DNA of 43,028 nucleotides from the sequence record SRR22947727_155; one strand, given 5' to 3'. This document shows positions 19,446-29,214 of this stretch, in pieces. Below the pieces are notes generated by a model, which worked only from the letters and a program-made list of their open reading frames with translations, ran no database searches and was not told the origin of the DNA. The number at the start of each line of letters is the position of its first letter. The stretch's first letter is position 1. Made by a program: the position numbers and the translations under genes.

Positions 19446-20135
19446 TTAAACTTTATCAACTAAACTTTTGGCAATTTTTAAATCATCTAAAGTATCAATA
19501 TCTACAGATCTCCATTTTTCCATCTCAACAAAACCACACTTTTTACCTATTCTTCCTTTTTTAAATAAAAGATCTTTTTTCATTACATATATCGACTTGT
19601 TTTCAGCCCACTGATTCCATATTTCTTTCTGCCTTGGCATACGATTATTAGGATCATAATTTGTAGGAACTACTTGTTTTTTATTTTTAATTTTCCATAA
19701 ATATCTAGTATCGTGATATAGCGAAAGAACCGAGTCGAAACCTTTATTTTTTACCATATCAATTGCTTTATCCAATGATTTTACATCTCTAAGTGGTGAC
19801 GTGGGATACAATAAAACCACAATGTCTACTTTTTTATTATATTTTTTTTCGTATTTTTGAACTGTCCATTTCAATAATAAGTCTACCTCTTGTAAAATTT
19901 TATCATGAGAGTATTTTTTTGGTCTATTCATTGTCTTTACACCATAACCATTAGCAACTTCCCTTATTTTTTTATCGTCGCTATTTAAAACATAATCATC
20001 AAGATATTTAGATTTCTTTGCAACATTTATTGTGTAATAAATAAGTGGCTTATTATTTAATTTAATTATATTTTTCTTTGGTATACCTTTTGAACCACCT
20101 CTAGCTGGTGAAATTCCAAGAACAAATTTTTTCAT
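19446..20135 (-). CDS. Acylneuraminate (ulosonate) cytidylyltransferase, NeuA-like
   Basis: PARGGSKGIPKKN, KPLI, PTSPLR, PRQ, SVDIDTLDD. Confidence 0.92.
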   Translation of the reverse strand: MKKFVLGISPARGGSKGIPKKNIIKLNNKPLIYYTINVAKKSKYLDDYVLNSDDKKIREVANGYGVKTMNRPKKYSHDKILQEVDLLLKWTVQKYEKKYNKKVDIVVLLYPTSPLRDVKSLDKAIDMVKNKGFDSVLSLYHDTRYLWKIKNKKQVVPTNYDPNNRMPRQKEIWNQWAENKSIYVMKKDLLFKKGRIGKKCGFVEMEKWRSVDIDTLDDLKIAKSLVDKV

Positions 20136-20992
20136 ATTAGATTTGGGTACACTAATTTATAATTTTCTTCCATAAAATTATTTAAAATATCTTCTTCAAT
20201 TTTATTATAGTAAGTATTATTAAAATTGATCGTTGGACTTATAAATTTATTGTATTTATTTAATGAAAAAAAATTAGAAATATCACAATTAACACCACTG
20301 CCATCAAGTCCAATATTTTCAATTACAGAAAATGGTGGATAAACAGAATATTTTTTTTTTATAAAATGGGTTATGATCCAGTCTATACTCCATATGTTTT
20401 TATTAAAATTCTTGTCCATAGTTTTAGACAATAAAATTTTTATATCTTTTGGATAAACTTCATAATGATTTTTTTTTGATTTAATATCTTTTAAGATTTT
20501 GTGGTAATCTAGCCATTCTTCTTTCCAGGTTGCCCATCCCCAAGGGAAAAACCTTTTTAAAATAAATGGGCTATTATTTTTATATATATCACGATAATTA
20601 CCTATTCTATAACCACAAATACTTTTAATATCGTTTTCATCTTTAAAGTAATTAAGACTATTCTTAAAAAAATTAAAACCATTTTTTTTTAAAACACAAT
20701 CATCTTCCAAAACTATTATGGCATCAGCTTTTTTATTAAAAGTATAATCTATAGATTTTACCATATTTGATGCTAAACCAATATTCTTATTTCGTATAAC
20801 AATACTACTTATAATTTCTTTATAAGATTTTAATATTCTTGAAATTTTTTTTTGTTTGAAAATATCTTTTTTATTTTTAGCGCCATCTAAAAAAACCAAT
20901 ATTCCATTTACATTATTTTTTTTTAAACTTTCAAGAACCTTTATTGTATGTCTCGGCCTATTATATAAAAGCAAGATAACTTTAATCTTCAT
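20132..20992 (-). CDS. GT-A fold glycosyltransferase (GT2-like, WGWATW type)
   Basis: YNRPRHT, FLDG, NIGLA, IVLEDD, WGWATW, NIGLDGSG. Confidence 0.88.
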   Translation of the reverse strand: MKIKVILLLYNRPRHTIKVLESLKKNNVNGILVFLDGAKNKKDIFKQKKISRILKSYKEIISSIVIRNKNIGLASNMVKSIDYTFNKKADAIIVLEDDCVLKKNGFNFFKNSLNYFKDENDIKSICGYRIGNYRDIYKNNSPFILKRFFPWGWATWKEEWLDYHKILKDIKSKKNHYEVYPKDIKILLSKTMDKNFNKNIWSIDWIITHFIKKKYSVYPPFSVIENIGLDGSGVNCDISNFFSLNKYNKFISPTINFNNTYYNKIEEDILNNFMEENYKLVYPNLI

Positions 20993-22200
20993 TTAAAACT
21001 TAGAATTAATAATTTGTTCTCATATTGTTTTCTTTTTATTATTTTATCGATCATACTATCGATACCTTTAACTTTTATTGCATTTTTGAGAAATAATTCA
21101 GCAATAAATCTTCCTTTGCTTCTTCTAATTAATTCTATTGTTTCTTTTCTGTTTCTTTGGTTACCCACACCTCTGGACATCATAACAGTTAATCCAGATT
21201 TTTGTATTGTCATTTCATCAAGCAAAATCATATTTGATGCAAATCCAAATGGAATTACAAATGAATTTTCTTTGAGTATTTTGTTATTGGACCAAAGTGG
21301 TGAAGTATTTGAAGATGAGCAGTCCATCAACAATCCTAAATTTTTATTATTAAAAAATTTATTAAGTTTTTTTGATATTTTGTCAATTGTATCACTTATT
21401 AAATCGGCAAAGTCATAACTTGGTATTTTTTTATTCAATTCATTTGATATTTTTTTATTTATAACAAAATAATCAATTTCTGAATTAATAGTTTTTTTTA
21501 GGTTTTCAATTTTTTTTAAATCATTATCAACTAAAAATATTTTATTATCTGGAGATGAATTTGAGAATAAATAGGCAGCTAAACTTCCACTTTGTCCCGC
21601 ACCAAATAAAACCATTCTATTATTTTTATAGAGCTCAGGAATTCTAGTAAGTGCATTTCTTACGTCAGCCAATAAAAAACTATACATAAATGGCATCAAT
21701 TCTTTATTGCTAGGTTTTTCTTTTTTTTTAAAACAAATTTCATAACTGAATTTTGGAAGTATTGTATATTCGGAAAAAGTTCCGTCATAAGAATCTTTTC
21801 CATGTCCAATTATTTTTCCTTGTCCATACTGACACTCTGTATATCGATGTAATACTTTACAAGAATAGCAATCGTAGTTATCGCAGGGATAATGACCGAA
21901 AACTGCAACATAATCACCGATGTCAACGTCATCAACAGACACATGTTTATCTATGATTTTTGAAACACCTCCATTACCAAAGACAAAATGATTTTTATTC
22001 AAAAATTCTTGTATTCTAGGATGTGCTGGTTTTTCAGAAGATGAAAGCCAGAAACTTCCATGAACTGGTACAAATAAATTTTTTACTAAAATTTCTCCAT
22101 TTTTAAGTTTTTTTAACCTTTTTCTTTCCTTTATGGTTATAACTTTTCTTTTTAAATTATTTTCCCACTTACAAACTATTTGATTAGTAATTTTAGGCAT
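20989..22200 (-). CDS. Divergent medium-chain dehydrogenase/reductase (Zn-ADH fold)
   Basis: GEILVK, GDYVAV, structural Zn cluster CDNYDCYSC...EC, DGTFSEY, Rossmann motif FGAGQSG. Confidence 0.82.
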   Translation of the reverse strand: MPKITNQIVCKWENNLKRKVITIKERKRLKKLKNGEILVKNLFVPVHGSFWLSSSEKPAHPRIQEFLNKNHFVFGNGGVSKIIDKHVSVDDVDIGDYVAVFGHYPCDNYDCYSCKVLHRYTECQYGQGKIIGHGKDSYDGTFSEYTILPKFSYEICFKKKEKPSNKELMPFMYSFLLADVRNALTRIPELYKNNRMVLFGAGQSGSLAAYLFSNSSPDNKIFLVDNDLKKIENLKKTINSEIDYFVINKKISNELNKKIPSYDFADLISDTIDKISKKLNKFFNNKNLGLLMDCSSSNTSPLWSNNKILKENSFVIPFGFASNMILLDEMTIQKSGLTVMMSRGVGNQRNRKETIELIRRSKGRFIAELFLKNAIKVKGIDSMIDKIIKRKQYENKLLILSFK

Positions 22201-23221
22201 AAAATTTTTTTGCAGCTTCTAGCTCTTTTAAAAAACTATTAGATAAAGGTATTCCAGTTTTTGATCTTTTTTCAAAAATTTCGTTTTCTTTTTGCCCAGG
22301 ATACTTTGGCTCATCCAGCTTTTTATTTATTTTTTTTGAGTGAGTAATATTTTTTATTGTTTTGTTTATATTTTTTTTAAAATTTTTAAGATTACATATT
22401 TTATTTAAATTTATTACTATAAAACTTTGTGATAAATATCTTTTATTTTTTATATTATCTCCATACATAGATGTTACATCACTTGTCATATTCATATTTG
22501 ATAGAGCGCCAGTTAAAATATCGACAAATAATGATAAGCCTGTTCCTTTAAAATCACCAATTGGCATTAGATATTCAGCTTTTTTAGGATCAGTGGTCAT
22601 TTTGAAAAAACTATTTAAAGCTACATTAGGTGGTAATTTTTTTCCTTTTTTATTTAAATATCTAATTTTATTAAAACTAATTGATGTAATACAACTATCA
22701 TAAGCAAAATTTATTTTTTTATTTATTGGGCAAACTAAACTCAATGGATTGTTTCCATAAAATACTTTCCTAGTATTTTTTAACATTACTCTTGGGGTTG
22801 CTTGTGTCATTCCAATGATTAAATATCCGTCTTTTACACTGTCAAAACCAAAATATGACATCGCACCACAATGGCCTGAGTTATAAATATTTGCCATGGC
22901 AATTCCAGTCTTATTAGATAAATTTATCAAATATTTGACAGCTTTATTGCAAGCATGGTGACCCATTGTATGGTCAGCATCTATACTTACAAAATTATTC
23001 AATATTTTTTTATATTTTATTTTTGGTTTTAAATTAGTTCTACCAGAAATAATTTCTCTTAAATATTGTGGAAAAAGGTTTAAACCATGCGAATCGATTC
23101 CTCTTAATGAAGACCAAACTAAACCATCAATAGTATCTTCTAATATTTTTACGTTTATTTTATGAAATCTTAAAGTCTCAAAAATAATTTTATGTATGTC
23201 GTTTTTTTTAATTAAGATCAT
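22193..23221 (-). CDS. Ldh_2 family 2-hydroxyacid oxidoreductase (AllD/ComC/YiaK-like)
   Basis: LRGIDSHG, DADHTMG, NSGHCGA, GNNPLS, PIGDFKGTGL, YPGQKE, GIPL. Confidence 0.9.
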   Translation of the reverse strand: MILIKKNDIHKIIFETLRFHKINVKILEDTIDGLVWSSLRGIDSHGLNLFPQYLREIISGRTNLKPKIKYKKILNNFVSIDADHTMGHHACNKAVKYLINLSNKTGIAMANIYNSGHCGAMSYFGFDSVKDGYLIIGMTQATPRVMLKNTRKVFYGNNPLSLVCPINKKINFAYDSCITSISFNKIRYLNKKGKKLPPNVALNSFFKMTTDPKKAEYLMPIGDFKGTGLSLFVDILTGALSNMNMTSDVTSMYGDNIKNKRYLSQSFIVINLNKICNLKNFKKNINKTIKNITHSKKINKKLDEPKYPGQKENEIFEKRSKTGIPLSNSFLKELEAAKKFYA

Positions 23222-24302
23222 AAGAATTTTCTAACTTACTTAAAAATTTTTTTTGATCAAGTTTTAATATTTTTGTAAATTTTTTATCACCTTTTACGAG
23301 GTTGGAAGCATTATATAAAAATTTTACAAAATTAAATTGAGAAAGTGGATCGTGTTGAAAGATAATACTTAAAAATTTTGATTTCTGATCTAAATTATGT
23401 TTTTCATAATTTTTAACTCTTTTTGGGTTTACTAAAAAATCATTATCAAAAATTTTAATCCTCTTAGGGTTGCAAACTAAAATTTCAAACAAAATATATG
23501 GTAACATATTTGAGATACCTATCATCATATACCTATCAATATTTATACTTTTATAAACATTATCAAAATTAAATCTTTTAAAAAACTTTACATAACCATC
23601 AGTTTTAAAAATAACAGCTTTGGCTTTTTTTATAAATTCTAAATTTTTTAGTTTAATAATTTCTTCAGTTTTTGTTCCATTTAAATATATTATATCTATT
23701 TTTTTACCCTTAGATATATTTGATAAATTTGATTGATCAATTTGATTAATTCTAACAACAATATCATATTTATCTATTTCTGCTGCGTTTTTATCTTTGC
23801 TCAAAGCTGGACCAACAATTGCTACATTTTTATTGAAAAAGAAATTTTTTAGACACTCGTCAACAGAAGTTTTTTCTTTAATACTATAATAAAGTTTATT
23901 TTGAAGTTCTAGATTGTTATTTTCAGTAATATTTGAATAGTCTATTTTTTTATTTTTATTTAATTTTAAATAAAATTTTCTTAGAAAAAAACTATCAACA
24001 AGCCAGCCCTTAAAGATGAAAAACTTATAATAAAACAAGATTTTTTTATCATCTTTTATGCTTAATTTTTTAAGTAGTTTGTCAATTGAATTATTTTTTT
24101 TATTAATCTTGTCAAATATAAATTCGTTGATTTTTACATCATAAATTTTATTGAATTTTGTCAAATTTTTTTTTAATTCTTTTTTGCTTTTTGCAAAACA
24201 TATAAAATTATTTAAATCCTTACATTCTTTTTCAAATTGTCTTGTGTTTTTATTGGTAAGTTTTCTAAATATAGATTTAATATATTGTTTTAAATGATAC
24301 AT
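23208..24302 (-). CDS. GT29-like (sialyltransferase sialylmotif-L) protein
   Basis: KNVAIVGPALSKDKNAAEIDKYDIVVRIN...GKKIDIIYLN resembles sialylmotif L (CAVVGN...G.EID..D.V.R.N...G.KT); late QHD. Confidence 0.65.
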   Translation of the reverse strand: MYHLKQYIKSIFRKLTNKNTRQFEKECKDLNNFICFAKSKKELKKNLTKFNKIYDVKINEFIFDKINKKNNSIDKLLKKLSIKDDKKILFYYKFFIFKGWLVDSFFLRKFYLKLNKNKKIDYSNITENNNLELQNKLYYSIKEKTSVDECLKNFFFNKNVAIVGPALSKDKNAAEIDKYDIVVRINQIDQSNLSNISKGKKIDIIYLNGTKTEEIIKLKNLEFIKKAKAVIFKTDGYVKFFKRFNFDNVYKSINIDRYMMIGISNMLPYILFEILVCNPKRIKIFDNDFLVNPKRVKNYEKHNLDQKSKFLSIIFQHDPLSQFNFVKFLYNASNLVKGDKKFTKILKLDQKKFLSKLENSYDLN

Positions 24303-24384
24303 TTTATAAAAAATTTTAATATTATTGAAATAAAAATATAATAAAAAAACTTAACCTACAATATTAATTGAATAATCAATTTAA

Positions 24385-25587
24385 CTATTTTAATAAATTC
24401 TCTAATTCATCTTGATCATTCTGAAATTTATTTTTCCAATTATTTAAACCAGAATTCACAGATTTTAAATGATAATCTATATTGTTTTGATCTATTTTCT
24501 TCCCAAGTGGCTTCTTAAAATGAAATTTTTTTTGATCATGATTATGAATTAAACTAATAATTATATCTCCAAATTCTGCTTTAAAATGAGAATCCCACCA
24601 CCATGTCATCTCTTTGTCTTTGTCATTTAAGCTAGGGACTTGTTCCATTGTAATATCATTTAAAAGTGCAAAATCCCAAATATCAAATTTGTTTTTTTTG
24701 TATTTTTTTGAGACTTTATCATTACTAGATATCAATCCCTTCTTCCAATGTTCATATTTTTGCCAATTATTTGATATTGAAATTGTGCTTAAATGTCTTG
24801 CATGCATTGGTTGTATAACAATCGTTAAATCTATATCACTTTCATAACTTTTGCTTAATAGTTTTTCAAATATATTCCATGAATTTATATTTTTGTTAAA
24901 AAAAGAGTAATCTTTATAAAATTTATTTATTAAATTTTTTTCTTTTTTTAAAAAAATTTTTTTGTGTCCTCCTTCCAACAATATTCTATCTTTCATATGA
25001 TTTCTTTCTCTCATACCGTTTTTTAAGTATTTGTAATGAATAGAATTTTGTAATTTTATAGTTTCATAACTACCCTTTAAAGCATGCCAAGATGATAATA
25101 GAGCAAGCTTGTTGCCAGCAGTATGTTGTTGATTACCATTAAAACTAATAGATAGCATGCGTTCATCAAAATCAACTTTATTTGGTAAATTAGCATTGAA
25201 CATATAAAAATCTAAAAACAATAATACTTTTTTTTGTTTTCTAATATTTTGAGCATGTTGAAAATATCTGTAAACTTCATACAGATTTGGACCTGGTAAA
25301 CCTAGGTTATAAATATTTCTCTTATCTAGATATTTATGTTCAGGATCAAAACCAAATTCTGCTTTTGAACTACCTAAGATTATAGCATCTGGTTTTTGAT
25401 CTTTTATTGCAAAAGCTTTGGTCATTCTTATATTTTTTTCAAAAGCAGGTTTTTCTTTATTAAAATTATTTATTCTAGGTTGTTCATAAAATCCGAAAGG
25501 ATCGATTAATCTATTAATAGCGATAACTAATGTCATCAAAAATAAAAATAGTGTGATAATTATAAAAAAGTATTTCTTGTTTATCAT
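24385..25587 (-). CDS. Membrane-anchored SGNH-like acyltransferase (DltD/AlgJ-like)
   Basis: N-terminal TM followed by IDPFG; block I IILGSS; YNLGLPG; C-terminal WDSH (DxH); directly downstream of the MBOAT. Confidence 0.65.
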   Translation of the reverse strand: MINKKYFFIIITLFLFLMTLVIAINRLIDPFGFYEQPRINNFNKEKPAFEKNIRMTKAFAIKDQKPDAIILGSSKAEFGFDPEHKYLDKRNIYNLGLPGPNLYEVYRYFQHAQNIRKQKKVLLFLDFYMFNANLPNKVDFDERMLSISFNGNQQHTAGNKLALLSSWHALKGSYETIKLQNSIHYKYLKNGMRERNHMKDRILLEGGHKKIFLKKEKNLINKFYKDYSFFNKNINSWNIFEKLLSKSYESDIDLTIVIQPMHARHLSTISISNNWQKYEHWKKGLISSNDKVSKKYKKNKFDIWDFALLNDITMEQVPSLNDKDKEMTWWWDSHFKAEFGDIIISLIHNHDQKKFHFKKPLGKKIDQNNIDYHLKSVNSGLNNWKNKFQNDQDELENLLK

Positions 25588-25591
25588 TTTT

Positions 25592-27184
25592 TTAAAACTG
25601 GAAATAAATAAATTCAGATATATTGCTCAGATTCATTACTGAAAAAGTAAATAAGATACAAATTAAAATAGACCAAAAAATATTTGGTTTCCAAGAAACT
25701 TTGAAGAATTCAAATTTTTTCTCATTATCATCCTCAAGAGATGGAAAGTATTCATGAAATAAACTTTTTGTATTTGGTGCTAATATGCAAAAAAGATATA
25801 AAAAAAAAATAATTAATAACTGATTGAAGCCAAAAAAAAATGGTAAAGTGTCATATTTGATAAAACTATTGTTTGTAAAATTTGGTCCAAATATAGATTG
25901 AAGTAAAATAAACCAACTATCAGGGACAACAATATTGCTGATGTTAAACATGGCATTGTAGATTATTATCGCAGAATCATAGTTGGTGGCTCTAAAAAAG
26001 ACAATAGAAATTGCGTAAGCTAAAAAAACAATAAAACAACTTAAAAAATAACTACTTAAAGAATATTTTTTATATAAATTTTTAATAAAATTACCTTGCA
26101 ATCTTTTCCATATGATATTTACAATTATATAAAATGCATGAATGGCACCAAAAAATAAAAAATTTACACCAGAACCATGCCAAATGCCTATCAAAAGATA
26201 AGTAATTAAAGAAGGAATTATTATTGTAAGGGTAAAATTCGTAACAAAATCTCTTTTTTTTCTTAATGAAAATCTTGTAAAAAATAAGGACAAAGGATAA
26301 TAAACATAATCCCTAAAAAAAATACCAAGTGTTATGTGCCATCTGCGCCAGAACTCTGCAATATTTCTTGATTTAAAAGGGGAGTCAAAATTAAGTGGAA
26401 GCTTAATACCAAACATATACCCCAATCCTATTGCCATATCTGAATAACCAGAAAAATCGAAATATATTTGAAGACTGTAGCATAAAACGCCCGACCAAGC
26501 TTCCAGAAAAGATATACTCATTGATTGTTCAGCCGCAAAAAAAACTGGACTTGAATAAAAGGATAAATTATCAGCAATAATTACTTTTTTAAATAACCCA
26601 ATTACAAAGATTGAGAATCCAATAAGCAAGTATTGTGTTTTTTTCTCTATGAAGTTGATATTTCTAAACTGATAAAGAACTTGAGAATGATGAACAATAG
26701 GTCCTGCAATTAATTGAGGGAAGAAAGTTATAAAGATAACAAAATCTTTTAAACTTAAATTGTCAATTTTTTTATTATAAAGATCAACAAGAAAAGTTAT
26801 TTGTTGAAAAGTATAGAATGATATTCCTAAAGGTAAAATTATATTTTTTGATATTAGTTCAAGATTTGATGAAAAAGAAATTATATCAACAAAGAAATTA
26901 TAATATTTAAAATATCCTAATAAAAATAGATTTAATAAAATTCCAAAAATTAAAAAAATTTTTTTTTGGAAAGAACGGATTAATATAGCAAAAAAATAAT
27001 TAGAAGTTAGAGAAAATAATATTAAAATGAGATAAATTGGTGTCCACCAACTATAAAAAAACAATGAGCAAACTATAAGCCAAAAAATAGCAAATTTATT
27101 ATTAGAAAATTTGTGTATTAAGTAATAACCTAACCAAGTAATTGGTAAAAATAAAAGTATAAATTGATAAGAATTAAATAACAT
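25592..27184 (-). CDS. MBOAT family O-acyltransferase (AlgI/DltB/PatA-like) with C-terminal FIYFQF motif
   Basis: MLFNS, LPLGISFYTFQ, FFPQLIAGPI, QIYFDFSGYSDMAIG, EFWRRWHITL, GIWHG (catalytic His), ends SEFIYFQF. Confidence 0.96.
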   Translation of the reverse strand: MLFNSYQFILLFLPITWLGYYLIHKFSNNKFAIFWLIVCSLFFYSWWTPIYLILILFSLTSNYFFAILIRSFQKKIFLIFGILLNLFLLGYFKYYNFFVDIISFSSNLELISKNIILPLGISFYTFQQITFLVDLYNKKIDNLSLKDFVIFITFFPQLIAGPIVHHSQVLYQFRNINFIEKKTQYLLIGFSIFVIGLFKKVIIADNLSFYSSPVFFAAEQSMSISFLEAWSGVLCYSLQIYFDFSGYSDMAIGLGYMFGIKLPLNFDSPFKSRNIAEFWRRWHITLGIFFRDYVYYPLSLFFTRFSLRKKRDFVTNFTLTIIIPSLITYLLIGIWHGSGVNFLFFGAIHAFYIIVNIIWKRLQGNFIKNLYKKYSLSSYFLSCFIVFLAYAISIVFFRATNYDSAIIIYNAMFNISNIVVPDSWFILLQSIFGPNFTNNSFIKYDTLPFFFGFNQLLIIFFLYLFCILAPNTKSLFHEYFPSLEDDNEKKFEFFKVSWKPNIFWSILICILFTFSVMNLSNISEFIYFQF

Positions 27185-27190
27185 CTTAAA

Positions 27191-29080
27191 TTATTTTGAA
27201 GATATAACTAGATCAAAATTTAATTTTGTGTTTAGATCTAAAGTCCACTCACTATTTGATTCTTTATCTTCATTTTGCATTATGAACCCTAGCTTTTTAT
27301 AATGATCTTTCACAATTCCATTCTTCTTAGTACTTAAATAAGTACCTTTTAATTTTTTTATTTTTTTTGAAATTGCAATCTCAGCAATGTGATTAAGACA
27401 AAATTCTTCAACTTTTCTACCTAACACTCTACAACTCATTATCCAGGTGTCAATTTCCCAAATATCTTTTACTTTTTTACAAATAATCAAGCTAATCAAG
27501 CCATTATCTCCAAAAATATCCTCCAACCTTATTTGAAATGTGAAATAATCGTCATTATTAATAATGTTCTTTATATCGTTCATTTTGTATCTTCTAGTGG
27601 TCAGATTGAACTGATTTGAACGTAAGATTAGTTGAGCAATTCTATTCAAATCTTTTTCTTGAAATTCTTTTAACTCGGCTTTCATTTTTAGTGTTTTTAA
27701 ATAACTTCCAATATCTTTACTGATACTTAATAAATTTGAACGTTTAATATTTGCATTGTAACTATCCACTCTTTTAGTGTCTTCCTCAGAAAAAACTATA
27801 GATTCAAAATAACCACCTGCTAATAAAGTTCTTACATATGTGGATGGGTCATCTGTTAGTTCTGGAACAGCAACTTCTGGTAAGTGTTGTCTAACAATAT
27901 CTCTTTCCATTGGATTATCATCAAGAAAAACAAATGAGTCTAATGATAGGTTTAAAGAATGCGAAATCTCAGTAATATTACTTGGTTTATCTTTCCAGTT
28001 TGCTTTGAATACAGTTATGTGCTCTTCTTTGAGTATCATGCTTTTATGCTTTAAGAAAACCTCTTTTGCTATTTTTTCCTCATTTTTTGAGCATACTGCA
28101 ATTACAACACCCCTTTCTCGCAATTTCAAAATCATTTTTTGTATATCTAAAAATATTTCTCCCAACTTGTCATTTGCCCCTAATTTTATTCCATCTAAGC
28201 CATCATCTCCAATAACACCTCCCCAGAGTGTATTATCTAGGTCAACAACTAAAACTTTTTTTGTCTTACCTGAAATTGCCGCTATAATTCTAGACAAATT
28301 CTCAGCATAAAAAGGCACATAGTCTAATGAAAAAGGAAATTTAGCATGATAATACATTGTTTGATCATGCCAACTATCAGTTCCCACAATCTCTGAAAGT
28401 GCAGATATGTCAAAGATGTAATCACTTGAGTTTTTTACATTTGTAAAAAGCTTCATATTAAATTCATTTACAAAACTTCTGTCTGTACCATTTATATTAC
28501 TCTCTATATTTCCAAAATATTGTTCAGGATTTTGAGGAAGAGTCTGAAAAATACATGGAACATTATATTTGTTATTTAATTTTTCTTTGATTTTTTTTAG
28601 ATAATCAATCGAATCATTTGCATGATTATTTTCATCTATAAAATTATTATTAAGCCTTAATAAAGAAAATCCCTCAATATCTATTGCAAGAAGAATTAGG
28701 TCTAATTTTTTTTTCTTGAAAGGATCTATGTCACTTAATGCGATTTGTGTTAATTGGTTGTAAGGAGCCTCATGAATATCTATCATTAATCCATAACGAA
28801 GACCAGCTATAACTATGTCAGGTATCAGATGAGACGATGTATGATTTGATATAATCCCTAATGAAATTTTTTTTAAACTATTAAAATCTTTTTCAAAAAA
28901 TTTAATTTTTTTTAATCTATTATAAATTTTATTAGTATTTGAAATATTTGGTCTATGTTTTGCAAATTTCAATAACTCTTCAATTTTAACATCTTTAGAA
29001 AAAATTTTTTTGATTTCATCATCAAAACTAGATGAAAACTTTGGATACCATTCAAGATTCTGAAATAGATTAGAACTCAT
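27191..29080 (-). CDS. FkbH-like HAD-IIIC glyceryl transferase/phosphatase with C-terminal GNAT-like domain
   Basis: KVLVVDLDNTLWGGVIGDDG, CSKN, ANWKDK, FLDDNPMER, RSNQFNLTTRRY, MSCRVLGR. Confidence 0.95.
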   Translation of the reverse strand: MSSNLFQNLEWYPKFSSSFDDEIKKIFSKDVKIEELLKFAKHRPNISNTNKIYNRLKKIKFFEKDFNSLKKISLGIISNHTSSHLIPDIVIAGLRYGLMIDIHEAPYNQLTQIALSDIDPFKKKKLDLILLAIDIEGFSLLRLNNNFIDENNHANDSIDYLKKIKEKLNNKYNVPCIFQTLPQNPEQYFGNIESNINGTDRSFVNEFNMKLFTNVKNSSDYIFDISALSEIVGTDSWHDQTMYYHAKFPFSLDYVPFYAENLSRIIAAISGKTKKVLVVDLDNTLWGGVIGDDGLDGIKLGANDKLGEIFLDIQKMILKLRERGVVIAVCSKNEEKIAKEVFLKHKSMILKEEHITVFKANWKDKPSNITEISHSLNLSLDSFVFLDDNPMERDIVRQHLPEVAVPELTDDPSTYVRTLLAGGYFESIVFSEEDTKRVDSYNANIKRSNLLSISKDIGSYLKTLKMKAELKEFQEKDLNRIAQLILRSNQFNLTTRRYKMNDIKNIINNDDYFTFQIRLEDIFGDNGLISLIICKKVKDIWEIDTWIMSCRVLGRKVEEFCLNHIAEIAISKKIKKLKGTYLSTKKNGIVKDHYKKLGFIMQNEDKESNSEWTLDLNTKLNFDLVISSK

Positions 29081-29214
29081 AGAGATATTATTTTTAATTA
29101 TTTTATTATAAATTGTAAATGACTAATTTTATTTAATTGAATTACTCAATCTTAATATTTTTTAAGACTCCTTTTAATTTTTTTTTTGATAATAAAAAAA
29201 TTGCATAAATTTTT

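Noticed and set aside
22193-23221. Assigning allD or comC
   Set aside because: No allantoin or coenzyme M/sulfonate pathway neighbours; the substrate cannot be read from sequence
25592-27184. Assigning algI/dltB/patA
   Set aside because: No alginate or teichoic-acid genes are present; family membership is clear but orthology is not
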